From Clostridiales bacterium (lineage in GTDB: Bacteria > Bacillota > Clostridia > Monoglobales > WRBX01), in assembly GCA_031261985.1 (NCBI GenBank), contig JAISIR010000001.1:72009-136008 (forward strand): a DNA stretch of 64,000 bases, in the 5' to 3' direction. This document shows positions 26,818-35,699 of the stretch, one piece after another (the stretch's first letter is position 1; the number at the start of each line of letters is the position of its first letter). Below the pieces are notes generated by a model that was not told the origin of the DNA, made no database searches, and was given only the letters and a program-made list of their open reading frames with translations. A program made the translations under genes and the position numbers.

Positions 26818-27628
26818 CTCTTGATATATCATTAATATCTTTATTGGTGCAAATTACGTTATAGTCGTTAGACGAAAACAATTCGGTTACGCTATTTAGT
26901 TGGTCATAGCCTATCTCTAACACTATTTTTCCCTTAGGTTTAAGCCAGCTGCTGCCACGCTCGGCTATTAAACGATAGAAGTCTAGCCCATCGGCACCGC
27001 CATTTAACGCTAGATGTGGCTCGTAATTTTTCACCGTTGGGGCAAGCGTGTCTATTATATGCGTTGGGATATAAGGTGGATTAGAAACTATAATATCGTA
27101 ATCTTTATCGGGAATAAAATCAAAAACGTCGCCATGCAAAAAGTTGACAACAACGTTATTTGCATCGGCGTTTTTTTGTGCCATTTTTATTGCGTCGGTG
27201 TTTATGTCTAGCGCATCGACCTGCAGAAACTTACCATAATGTGCTAAACAGATGGCTATCACGCCGCTTCCTGTGCCTAGCTCTAAAACATCGGTGCCAG
27301 ATGAGCAAAAATTAAGCGTTGTTTCGACCAAAACCTCGGTATCGGGGCGAGGGATAAGCGTGGATTTATCTACATTAAACTTTAACCCCATAAACTCTTT
27401 TTCGCCAATAATATATGCAACTGGCTCATCGTCTGCACGACGCATAATAAGGCTGCTATAATGCTGATGTTGTTCGTTTGTTATATTGTACAAGGGATTC
27501 GTCAGCAAAAACAGTCTATCTTTGCCTAAAACAAATGACAAAATAACTTGTGCGTCTAACACGCAAGTCGAAATTTTAAACCTATTTAGTTTTTCGATAC
27601 CTTCGGTCAGTGCTTGTTTGATATTCAT
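26792..27628 (-). CDS. prmC: Release-factor glutamine N5-methyltransferase PrmC/HemK
   Basis: SAM-binding LELGTGSG and catalytic NPPY (VSNPPYIP); 278 aa. Confidence 0.85.
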   Translation of the reverse strand: MNIKQALTEGIEKLNRFKISTCVLDAQVILSFVLGKDRLFLLTNPLYNITNEQHQHYSSLIMRRADDEPVAYIIGEKEFMGLKFNVDKSTLIPRPDTEVLVETTLNFCSSGTDVLELGTGSGVIAICLAHYGKFLQVDALDINTDAIKMAQKNADANNVVVNFLHGDVFDFIPDKDYDIIVSNPPYIPTHIIDTLAPTVKNYEPHLALNGGADGLDFYRLIAERGSSWLKPKGKIVLEIGYDQLNSVTELFSSNDYNVICTNKDINDISRVIAVSHSH

Positions 27629-27646
27629 TTAATAGATACGCTCCAC

Positions 27647-28324
27647 TTAAAATTCCCGCTTTTTATAATATCCTACAGATACAAAATATGATATGCAAAT
27701 TGTAGCAAAAAACGCAAATATGCTTGCTAATAAAGTATATAATGCCGAATACTCAAACGAACCTGCCCATTCGATAAACGCGACGATGCCTTCTACCCCC
27801 CACATAGTACCTATAATCGAAATGCTTGCCGATACAATAAATAATGGTATAAAACTTAGCGTGCGTGATTTTGTATATTGCATTTTAAAATGCACAGGTA
27901 ATTGAACACATAATAATACAAACATTATTAGGCTACTAAATATTGCAATCAAAATTTTTTCGCCCAGGTTTATTGGTTGTTGCATAAATATCGATACAAA
28001 TATGGCTATAAAAAGTGAGAATGCCGAGCCAATTAATAGCATTATAACTGTAAATAAATACCTGCCGCCAACTAATTCTTCGCGCGAGATTCCTAGCGTG
28101 CAATATAGTGCGTCCATATTAGTTTTTTCGCCTATTGCAAAAGGATACGATGCGTAAAAATACGCTAAAAACATGCCGACAAATATAGCCGTCGAACCGC
28201 CAGATGCCGAGCTTGATAATAGCATGATTATTGCAAAGAATATCCAGTTTTTGGGTGCAAAGTATGTTTTGATGGTTCTAAAATCTAACATTGCTATGTT
28301 CCATAATTTACTCATTGTTTGCAC
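27647..28324 (-). CDS. ABC-2-type exporter permease
   Basis: 225 aa with six hydrophobic spans. Overlaps the upstream ATPase gene by 17 nt, suggesting translational coupling. Confidence 0.6.
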   Translation of the reverse strand: MQTMSKLWNIAMLDFRTIKTYFAPKNWIFFAIIMLLSSSASGGSTAIFVGMFLAYFYASYPFAIGEKTNMDALYCTLGISREELVGGRYLFTVIMLLIGSAFSLFIAIFVSIFMQQPINLGEKILIAIFSSLIMFVLLCVQLPVHFKMQYTKSRTLSFIPLFIVSASISIIGTMWGVEGIVAFIEWAGSFEYSALYTLLASIFAFFATICISYFVSVGYYKKREF

Positions 28325-29183
28325 GCTCCTTATCTCTACTCATAAATATTATAATCTCGTCTATGCTAATAGTTTTGGGTGCATATTTGCTGAATTCGGC
28401 TTTAGCTCTACTCTCAATCATCGCCTCGAACCCTTTTCCTTGTCGACGATACCCTATTGCTTTATTACGAATATTATCGTCTGGCTTATCGCCGGATATG
28501 CGCAAATATTTCTCGACTAAACCGTCTTTTGTGCCGCTATACACAATGCTACCGTTCATTATAAACACAATATAATCGGCAATTTTTTCTAAATCCGATG
28601 TTATATGGGTAGAGAATAACACGCCCTTTTGCCCATCGTCGGTAAAATCTTGCAGGATATTACAAACTTCATCGCGCGCGACAGGGTCTAGCCCGCTTGT
28701 CGGCTCGTCTAAAATAAGTAATTTGGCATTGTGCGAAAGAGCTACCGCTAACTGAATTTTAACCTTCATTCCACGTGATAAATCTTTAATTTTTTTGGTA
28801 GTATCTAGGTCGAAATCTTTTATATGCTTATTAAAAGCATCATCGCTCCAGGAAGAATAAAATGGTTTAAGCGAGCGTGCAACATCTGCAACCGTCCAAT
28901 CTTCGGGGTAAAAAGGAGTGTCCATTACCACGCCAATATCCGATGCTTTGTTGCCACATAAATTAATCTCGCCGCGCTTGGCATTAACAATGCCCAAGAT
29001 AGCCTTTATCGTGGTAGTTTTACCCGCACCATTAGGACCGATAAACCCGCAAATATTACCTTTTTTCACATCAAAACTAATATCTTTTAGTACAAAATTA
29101 GGGTAACGCTTGCGCAGACCTTTAACGTATAAAACATTATCGTCATTTGGCTGATTCTTCTTGACACTTGTTGATATTGCCAT
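28308..29183 (-). CDS. ABC transporter ATP-binding protein
   Basis: Walker A GPNGAGKTT, signature LSRGMK and Walker B LLILDEPTSGLD. Confidence 0.9.
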   Translation of the reverse strand: MAISTSVKKNQPNDDNVLYVKGLRKRYPNFVLKDISFDVKKGNICGFIGPNGAGKTTTIKAILGIVNAKRGEINLCGNKASDIGVVMDTPFYPEDWTVADVARSLKPFYSSWSDDAFNKHIKDFDLDTTKKIKDLSRGMKVKIQLAVALSHNAKLLILDEPTSGLDPVARDEVCNILQDFTDDGQKGVLFSTHITSDLEKIADYIVFIMNGSIVYSGTKDGLVEKYLRISGDKPDDNIRNKAIGYRRQGKGFEAMIESRAKAEFSKYAPKTISIDEIIIFMSRDKERANNE

Positions 29184-29302
29184 AAAATTACGCTCCTTTT
29201 AGGTGATTTATTCCTGCATTTAATCGCACAAAATATCTATAATTTGTAAAACTATTTTTTTGATATATCGCCAAACTTGGCGATTTTAATATACTCGTTT
29301 AA

Positions 29303-29331
29303 ATTATAATCTATTTTATAAATAAAGTCAA
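29303..29331 (-). promoter_or_regulatory. Promoter inside 73-nt unit A (drives ABC ATPase/permease)
   Basis: Minus strand reads TTGACT, 17 nt, then TATAAT. Confidence 0.6.
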
Positions 29332-29337
29332 TAGTGC

Positions 29338-29370
29338 AAAAAAAGGTGCCGATTAAGCAATCGACACCTT
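29338..29370 (-). terminator. Intrinsic terminator in 73-nt unit A (ends the 558-aa gene)
   Basis: Minus strand reads AAGGTGTCGATT-GCTT-AATCGGCACCTT followed by T7. Confidence 0.7.
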
Positions 29371-29379
29371 TTAATAAAC

Positions 29380-29440
29380 ACGCTTCGACGCGAGTGAATC
29401 GTTCATAAAAATGTGAAATATTTTTGCAGTTTTTTGTTGA
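29380..29440 (+). repeat. Truncated/degenerate copy of the two-hairpin repeat
   Basis: ACGCTTCGACGCGAGTGAATCG..ATATTTTTGCAG retains hairpin 1 and the left arm of hairpin 2 only. Confidence 0.5.
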
Positions 29441-29512
29441 TTTTTTTATATTTATTTATACAATAAGTTTTAGGCTTTGTCAATATAATGTTTTAATAGG
29501 CAAGCTCATTCA

Positions 29513-31189
29513 TTAATACCACCCGCTGCTTTGAGGGTATAATTCTCTGGCAATTTTTTGCAAGATTTCTAACTTTTTATCATTGAATTTATTTTGTTCT
29601 TCATCATTTTTGTTGTAAAGCTTGGCAAACGTATTAAATCGCTCTTTAAATTCGTTGTCACAATAAATATCATAATGAATTAAATATTTAAATTCGGATA
29701 AAATTTCTTTTAGTTTTTCTTCATCTAGATTTAACGTATAAAAATAAACAAAGCATTCCTCAACAAATTCACAGTTTTGATTTACTTCTGTGATAACTTT
29801 ATCTTTATTATATTCCCGTACGTCGAATTCATCAAATAAAAACAGAAGATATTTAACCGCTTTTTCTTTAAAGTCCCCATCATTTAAAGCCTTTTCTAAT
29901 TTGTCTTTGAGGTTACTATTGGCTATTATATTATCAATAATATTTTTATAAAAAGTGGTTGTGTTTCCAATTATTGAAGCGTCAGTGGTATAGTATCCAA
30001 AATAATATGCATATATAATGAGGAATATATTAGTTAGATTAATATCTATATAATTGTTATTATATAATGAGCGATTATTTAAATCACGTTCAAATTGATT
30101 GTACCCATAAATAGATTTAATTAGATTTTTATCATTATTTTTTATGCACTCGATAATATAATAAAAATAGTTAAATTCTTTAATTTCGTATTTTGTTTTT
30201 GGTAATATTGGCATAAATGTGTGTGGTTTATAATTAACTTTACTGTAGTCTTTTTCTTCGTTAATCCAAAGATAATGAGATTCGTCTAAAACATGTTTTA
30301 ATAGATCATTTTTTTGCTTTTGATTAATCAATTTGTTTTGTGTTATTGAATTGTGTAAATCATAAGAAATATACGCTGTAGAAGCCGTTAATTTTTTTCT
30401 TCTATCAAGATTCTCAAAAATTGCTTCTAGTGCTGTATGCAATATGTGGCCGTTAAATTCGTAATCTAAATTGACAAATTCTATTAAATCAATAGTTTTA
30501 CTGATTATATCATGGTCTTCGTTTAAGTAAATTTTTTTATAATTAGATATTAAATATAATTGTTCAACTAAAAATAGCGCTTCTGATATTTCCTTTGGTT
30601 CTTTACTCTCTATAGCATCGTTTAGCATATCAACAAAGAATTCGCCAGTCTCCAAGCTATGGTTTTTAGACCTTTGTATTGTCTTTTTTATCATATAATC
30701 TCTAATTTCACCTTTGATTTTTTCTTCTGCTCCTAAAATTTCTAGCGTATCTTTTATTAGGTAAATATTGGCTATCACTAATAAAAAGAATATGTAAGCC
30801 ATTGTGTTAAAGTATTGAAACTCTAGGCAAAACCAAGAGGCTAAAACTAAAACAAGCATGACGCTTAACATTATCGCTCGTCTAAAAGGTACTATGTTTT
30901 TATATGAATAGACATATTTTGCAACGGACATTCCATAAAACTTTTTATCGTTAATACTAGAAACTAACGCCAATACACTAGGTGCTAAAACCGCAATTGT
31001 AGACATTACTTGAAAGAGCGTACCATAGATATTAAGCTTATCTTGAATATCGTAGTTGGTATAAAACTTGGCAGGCAAAGTTATAATGCTTTTGTCTACA
31101 CAAAATGGTATAATCGTAATTACAATTAAAAGTATAAAAATACTCCATTGCATAATGCTATAAATTTTTAATTTGCTGATTTTTGTCAT
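29513..31189 (-). CDS. Orphan membrane protein: four N-terminal TM helices plus ~400-aa soluble K/N/Y-rich domain
   Basis: 558-aa uninterrupted ORF, visibly more AT-rich than both flanks. Flanked by a duplicated 73-nt terminator+promoter unit. No family recognised. Confidence 0.7.
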   Translation of the reverse strand: MTKISKLKIYSIMQWSIFILLIVITIIPFCVDKSIITLPAKFYTNYDIQDKLNIYGTLFQVMSTIAVLAPSVLALVSSINDKKFYGMSVAKYVYSYKNIVPFRRAIMLSVMLVLVLASWFCLEFQYFNTMAYIFFLLVIANIYLIKDTLEILGAEEKIKGEIRDYMIKKTIQRSKNHSLETGEFFVDMLNDAIESKEPKEISEALFLVEQLYLISNYKKIYLNEDHDIISKTIDLIEFVNLDYEFNGHILHTALEAIFENLDRRKKLTASTAYISYDLHNSITQNKLINQKQKNDLLKHVLDESHYLWINEEKDYSKVNYKPHTFMPILPKTKYEIKEFNYFYYIIECIKNNDKNLIKSIYGYNQFERDLNNRSLYNNNYIDINLTNIFLIIYAYYFGYYTTDASIIGNTTTFYKNIIDNIIANSNLKDKLEKALNDGDFKEKAVKYLLFLFDEFDVREYNKDKVITEVNQNCEFVEECFVYFYTLNLDEEKLKEILSEFKYLIHYDIYCDNEFKERFNTFAKLYNKNDEEQNKFNDKKLEILQKIARELYPQSSGWY

Positions 31190-31256
31190 TTAATTACCTC
31201 TTTTTTAATGTCGTTGCTAAAATTCTACAATTTTTAGCATAATATACCTTTTTTAA

Positions 31257-31285
31257 ATTATAATCTATTTAATAAATAAAGTCAA
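31257..31285 (-). promoter_or_regulatory. Promoter inside 73-nt unit B (drives the 558-aa orphan gene)
   Basis: Minus strand reads TTGACT, 17 nt, then TATAAT; identical to unit A apart from one spacer base. Confidence 0.6.
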
Positions 31286-31291
31286 TAGTGC

Positions 31292-31324
31292 AAAAAAAGG
31301 TGCCGATTAAGCAATCGACACCTT
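31292..31324 (-). terminator. Intrinsic terminator in 73-nt unit B (ends the RR-HK operon)
   Basis: Hairpin identical to unit A, followed by T7. Confidence 0.7.
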
Positions 31325-31363
31325 GATTTTTTTCAACTTTAATAAAACTCCCTTGAAACTTTC

Positions 31364-32929
31364 TTAAAACTTTATGACCACCTTAAACAAGTCGGCGTCT
31401 ACCTTTATTTGCATCTCGCCGCCGCACGCCTCGGTATAACTTTGCGCAATTGCCAAGCCTAAGCCATTTCCACCGTCGGTGCGAGAGCTATCGCCGCGCA
31501 CAAAACGCTCGGTAATTTCCTTCTCGTCAAAATCCATATCATAGCCGGCTATATTTTTAAACTCGATTGTTTTACCGTTAACCACTATATAGCAATTAGT
31601 ACCCTTTAGGCTATATTTTGCCATGTTTGTAATTAAGTTCTCGAACACGCGAGCCATAAGCTTACCGTCTGCACGAATAGTCTCGTCTGCCACCTTAACT
31701 CTAAACACCATATCGGTATCAACCTCGGCTAAGGTTTGGTTAATCAGCTCGGCAAGCGATAGCTCTTCCATATGCAAATCGACATTCCCGCTCGTCGCCT
31801 TGCTAATCTCGAACAACCCTTCGGTCAGCTCTTTTAGCTTAAGGCTTTTGCTATTGATAATTTGAACCTTCTCGTTATCGGGCAGTTCTTGCAAAAGCAG
31901 GCTAGAGTAGTTGATTATAGCAGTTAGAGGTGTTTTAAGGTCGTGCGATACATTAGTAACCAGCTCGGATTTCATACGCTCGGCTTTAACTTTATCGGCG
32001 GTTGCTACATCTAATCTATCTAGATTAAACACCTTGCGCACAGTTTTATAGCACCAGCGATATATCGCATAGCAAAAACTTGCTTTTAAGAACTGATGAT
32101 TCTTAATTTTACGAACTATAGATAAATATAATCCTAGCCATAATAGATATATTAACTCGATGCAGGCAAACATGGACAATTGAGTTTGAGCCGCGTAATA
32201 TGGTGCTACAAAGGCAGCTCCCGCTAACGCTGCGCACGCCAGCCATAACAATAGGTTGAATTCCGTCCATAGCTTATCGAATTTTGGATTTCCGCTGGCT
32301 AAATAGCTTAGGAATATGATTAGAATAAGCCATGCAATTGTGTACCAAGCTATAGTATTTATACGCTGCGAGAATATATCAAACTTACCCTGCCACTCGT
32401 CATTTTTTTCTGCCCATACCTGGTTATCATAGCCCGATGCAAATACAATATCTTTCTCGATAAAGTGCGAATTATAATTATAAGTTTTAGACATATCTAA
32501 GGCTAAAACTCCGTTATAATCGAGCTCGGAATTCTTTAACACCTCGCCTGTCGCCTTATTTTCGAAGTAATAGTAAATGCCAAACCTATTAGCATTTGAA
32601 TCTAGACGTTTTTTTAAGCCTTCCAAACGCTGCTCGGAGGTAATAGTCTCTTCACCTCTGCCACTATTATAATAATCTTGCCGCGCATATTCTTCTAGAT
32701 TAATCTCACGGTTGGCAATATCGTTCATCTGAGCATTTATACTATCGAGGTAATGGTAATATTCCTCATAGTTTCGCCCAGTAATGCTAAATCCAGCATA
32801 ATCATCGCTATCGGCGATACGCAATAAAACTAACCCCTGCGACATAATTTGCCACACAAGAACCATGGTTAGTACAATTAAACTAGCCTTTAAAATTTTA
32901 GAGTTTCTCCAACTTGTAGCCAATTCCAT
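31364..32929 (-). CDS. Sensor histidine kinase
   Basis: H-box VSHDLKTPLT and the G-box region GGNGLGLAIA. N-terminal TM, extracytoplasmic region and further TMs. Overlaps the RR gene by 32 nt. Confidence 0.85.
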   Translation of the reverse strand: MELATSWRNSKILKASLIVLTMVLVWQIMSQGLVLLRIADSDDYAGFSITGRNYEEYYHYLDSINAQMNDIANREINLEEYARQDYYNSGRGEETITSEQRLEGLKKRLDSNANRFGIYYYFENKATGEVLKNSELDYNGVLALDMSKTYNYNSHFIEKDIVFASGYDNQVWAEKNDEWQGKFDIFSQRINTIAWYTIAWLILIIFLSYLASGNPKFDKLWTEFNLLLWLACAALAGAAFVAPYYAAQTQLSMFACIELIYLLWLGLYLSIVRKIKNHQFLKASFCYAIYRWCYKTVRKVFNLDRLDVATADKVKAERMKSELVTNVSHDLKTPLTAIINYSSLLLQELPDNEKVQIINSKSLKLKELTEGLFEISKATSGNVDLHMEELSLAELINQTLAEVDTDMVFRVKVADETIRADGKLMARVFENLITNMAKYSLKGTNCYIVVNGKTIEFKNIAGYDMDFDEKEITERFVRGDSSRTDGGNGLGLAIAQSYTEACGGEMQIKVDADLFKVVIKF

Positions 32930-33587
32930 ACACCACCTTTAAAAGTTTAGGGTTTTTAGGGTCAATCTCTATTTTCTCGCGAATCCGCCTGATATGAACC
33001 GCAATTGTGTTGTCATTAACAAACACATCCTCGTTCCACACCGCGCGATAAATCTCTTCTGCCGAAAAAATTCGATTAGGGTGCTTGCAAAAAAGTTCCA
33101 AAATGCGATACTCTAGGTTAGTAAGCTTAACCTGCTCTCCATCGACGGTTACTTTTTTATTAAGCCCGTCAAAGGCAAGTGAGCCGATAATAATCTCGCC
33201 CATTGCAGGTGTTTGGTTAAAAACAATGCTACGACGCAACGCCGATTTAACCCTTGCTAAAAGCTCGGTAGGAGAGAATGGCTTGGTTATGTAATCGTCG
33301 GCACCGCTTAATAATCCATAAACCTTGTCGCTTTCTTCACTTTTTGCAGTTAAAAGAATAATGGGAATATTAGATGTTTTGCGAATCCGCTCCATAGTTT
33401 TAATGCCGTCTAGCTTGGGCATCATAATATCCATAAGCACTAGGTTAATGGTGTCCCGCTGCAAAATATCTAGCGCGGTAATGCCATCGGGTGCTATGCG
33501 CACTTCATACCCATCGTTGTTTAGATAAATGGCTGTGGAATCGGCTATCGCTTTATCATCATCTACTACCAAGATTTTATTTGTCAC
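32898..33587 (-). CDS. OmpR/PhoB-family response regulator
   Basis: Receiver domain (ILVVDDD, LVLMDIMMP, LTAK) plus a winged-helix C-terminus (LTNLEYRILELF..VYGIGYKL). Confidence 0.9.
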   Translation of the reverse strand: MTNKILVVDDDKAIADSTAIYLNNDGYEVRIAPDGITALDILQRDTINLVLMDIMMPKLDGIKTMERIRKTSNIPIILLTAKSEESDKVYGLLSGADDYITKPFSPTELLARVKSALRRSIVFNQTPAMGEIIIGSLAFDGLNKKVTVDGEQVKLTNLEYRILELFCKHPNRIFSAEEIYRAVWNEDVFVNDNTIAVHIRRIREKIEIDPKNPKLLKVVYGIGYKLEKL

Positions 33588-33713
33588 CCTAAAATTGCCC
33601 CCTTTGTCTACCCTTTTATTGCTAAGTGTATGATATCATTTAAATGTTACAAAAATGTTTACTTAAATATTAAGAATTTATTAAGATTGTTTTTGGAACC
33701 GCTAATTAACCAT

Positions 33714-34217
33714 TCATTTATACTTCTCCATTATCGTCCTAACTTTCCCATCCATGGCTAATATAAATGCAAAAGTTGATAATGAATGCGTAATATCGAA
33801 AGGCAAGCCAGATATGCAAAAGGCAAGGATTTTCGCAAGGCTCATCTCATTTTGGAACATATATACGCTGCCAATATTCATAATGGTTCCGTAAACAAGC
33901 CAGGTTAACAAAGCACCTATCACTGCAAAGGCAAGTCGATTTTTGCGTGGTATAAAGCTAGATGCAAAGCCCACGACGGCAGCGGCTATAATTTGCCATA
34001 TTGTCCATATACCCTGACCCATAAACATATTAGAGCAAAACATAGTAATTGCGCCAACCGCTGCGCCACTTAGCGAGCCATAAACCGAGCCTGCAAGAAT
34101 GATGATTGCCAAAACAGGCTTAACTTGTGGCACACTAATTAAAGCTATGCGTCCAGCAACCGCCAACGCCGATAGCATTGCGATTATTAAGATTTTTTTG
34201 GTGGCTTTATTGCTCAT
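33714..34217 (-). CDS. ECF-transporter S-component-like membrane protein
   Basis: 167 aa with ~6 TM spans. The start overlaps the stop of the DUF4430 lipoprotein gene, a recurrent pairing in gut Firmicutes. Confidence 0.5.
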   Translation of the reverse strand: MSNKATKKILIIAMLSALAVAGRIALISVPQVKPVLAIIILAGSVYGSLSGAAVGAITMFCSNMFMGQGIWTIWQIIAAAVVGFASSFIPRKNRLAFAVIGALLTWLVYGTIMNIGSVYMFQNEMSLAKILAFCISGLPFDITHSLSTFAFILAMDGKVRTIMEKYK

Positions 34218-34630
34218 TAAAACGAGGTCGTGTATTCGACGGCTATATTTTCACCACCCGTTACTTTATACTCGCCCATTCCAACGTTAGGGCTTTGGTC
34301 ATTTACCTTATAAATCCAGCCAGACATTTGGCCATTATCGCCAGAGTTTAAACCATTAATACCTGTAACATATTCTCCAAAGCCAGACATTTCGTCAACC
34401 GAAACTTCAATATTATTTTGTGCCGCAACATTTTTTAATATAGCAAGTGCATTTTCGCCCTCGTTTACATTTGTTTTTGTGTTGGGCAATATCGTTTGTC
34501 CGTCTAATCCAATTATGCTGATTGAAACTTCAATTTGATTTGAAGGTGTAGTTTGCTGATTGTTACCCCCGCAGCCTACCAAGCTAATTACTAAAAATAA
34601 TGCAAGTGTTGCTGATAAAAATTTTTTCAT
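34217..34630 (-). CDS. DUF4430-like secreted lipoprotein
   Basis: Signal peptide with lipobox LVGC. The GWIYKVNDQSPNVG segment is typical of DUF4430. Confidence 0.6.
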   Translation of the reverse strand: MKKFLSATLALFLVISLVGCGGNNQQTTPSNQIEVSISIIGLDGQTILPNTKTNVNEGENALAILKNVAAQNNIEVSVDEMSGFGEYVTGINGLNSGDNGQMSGWIYKVNDQSPNVGMGEYKVTGGENIAVEYTTSF

Positions 34631-34736
34631 TTGTTTCCTCCTATTTTATAATTAATCACATTATTTGCTAACGAACTAAAGAAAACCCCTTAATCGCCTG
34701 CGTTTCTCGCATTGATTATTTGGGGTTTTTACGAAT

Positions 34737-34827
34737 TGGCGGAGAAGGAGAGATTTGAACTCTCGCGCCGGTTACCCGACCTATACCCTTAGCAGGGGCA
34801 CCTCTTCGGCCTCTTGAGTACTTCTCC
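34737..34827 (-). tRNA. tRNA-Ser (anticodon GCT), type II, CCA encoded
   Basis: The reverse complement folds with acceptor GGAGAAG/CTTCTCC, anticodon loop CTGCTAA, a long variable arm, T arm GAGAG TTCAAAT CTCTC, then G-CCA. Confidence 0.9.
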
Positions 34828-34985
34828 GAATTTATTTTAATTTTTAAGCGCAGCAGCAAATGCTACCAACAATTAGTATTATACACCATTTTAAATTTAA
34901 AGTCAATACTTTTATAAAAATTTTTTAGTTCCGCAAAAAAGCAAGGGCTTATCATAAGATAAGTCCTCGCGTTTTATCAATAATA

Positions 34986-35606
34986 TTAATGGATCATAGG
35001 CAAGTTGCCTCTTTGAGTAGGCTTAATAGTATTAGCATTTATATTGTTATTTTTAAACTGAGGATAGGCAGCTTTTAGCGCAGCCTTCATACTCTTGCTC
35101 TTACCAACTAGCCCTTGAACAGAAGTTGTTTCGCGCGTGCCATCTGCAACTTCTTGCATAGCCTTGGCGATAGCTTTTGTTTTATCTTTTACACTTTTGC
35201 CTTTTAATGCCTCTTTCTCGGCATCGGTTAGGTAAGGAACCATATTAGGCAATTTTGCAGCATCATCAATAGCAATTTCATTAAAAAATAATCTTGATTT
35301 TTCTTGTTGTAAATCAGCGACTTTTTGACGCGCTTGCCTATCTTCATTTACAACAGAAATATTCTCGGCTATTATAGAAACTTTCTGCCTAATGCTTGAT
35401 AAATCTTCTAAATCGTTCATCCGCGCCTCGGCTTCGGCAACTTTTTGAGGTTGAGAAATCTTTGCAGATTCTGTCAAGATATCTTCATTTAATTTCTTAA
35501 TCATCTCAGGCGTTTCAGCCGAAAGCGATACGCTTTTTTCTAACTTTTCTGCCTCATATTTTCGTATTCTTTTACCTATAACAACTTTTTTAATATCTTT
35601 AGACAT
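34986..35606 (-). CDS. Hypothetical K/E/A-rich protein (206 aa)
   Basis: ORF with AAAGGGG SD. Its promoter spacer contains (AT)10 and the TTAACA-N5-TTAACA element lies upstream. No family recognised. Confidence 0.55.
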   Translation of the reverse strand: MSKDIKKVVIGKRIRKYEAEKLEKSVSLSAETPEMIKKLNEDILTESAKISQPQKVAEAEARMNDLEDLSSIRQKVSIIAENISVVNEDRQARQKVADLQQEKSRLFFNEIAIDDAAKLPNMVPYLTDAEKEALKGKSVKDKTKAIAKAMQEVADGTRETTSVQGLVGKSKSMKAALKAAYPQFKNNNINANTIKPTQRGNLPMIH

Positions 35607-35651
35607 TTAAATGCACCCCTTTTAGGAATTAATAACTTATCTTATAATCCT

Positions 35652-35682
35652 ATTATACCATATATATATATATATATATCAA
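35652..35682 (-). promoter_or_regulatory. Promoter of gene 34986..35606 with (AT)10 in the spacer
   Basis: Minus strand reads TTGATA (35682-77), a 19-nt spacer made almost entirely of the AT dinucleotide tract 35660..35679, then TGG-TATAAT (35657-52). Confidence 0.5.
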
Positions 35683-35699
35683 GCCCTATTTGGGGGTTT

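Larger units (their letters stand above)
29298..29370 (-). repeat. 73-nt terminator+promoter unit, copy A
   Basis: 72 of 73 positions identical to 31252..31324. Confidence 0.85.
31252..31324 (-). repeat. 73-nt terminator+promoter unit, copy B
   Basis: 72 of 73 positions identical to 29298..29370. Confidence 0.85.

Noticed and set aside
34631-34736. A cobalamin riboswitch was expected upstream of the DUF4430/ECF-S gene pair.
   Set aside because: Only ~105 nt are available, and most of that is the tRNA-Ser terminator hairpin. I could not find a B12-box-like core. The region is too short for that riboswitch class.
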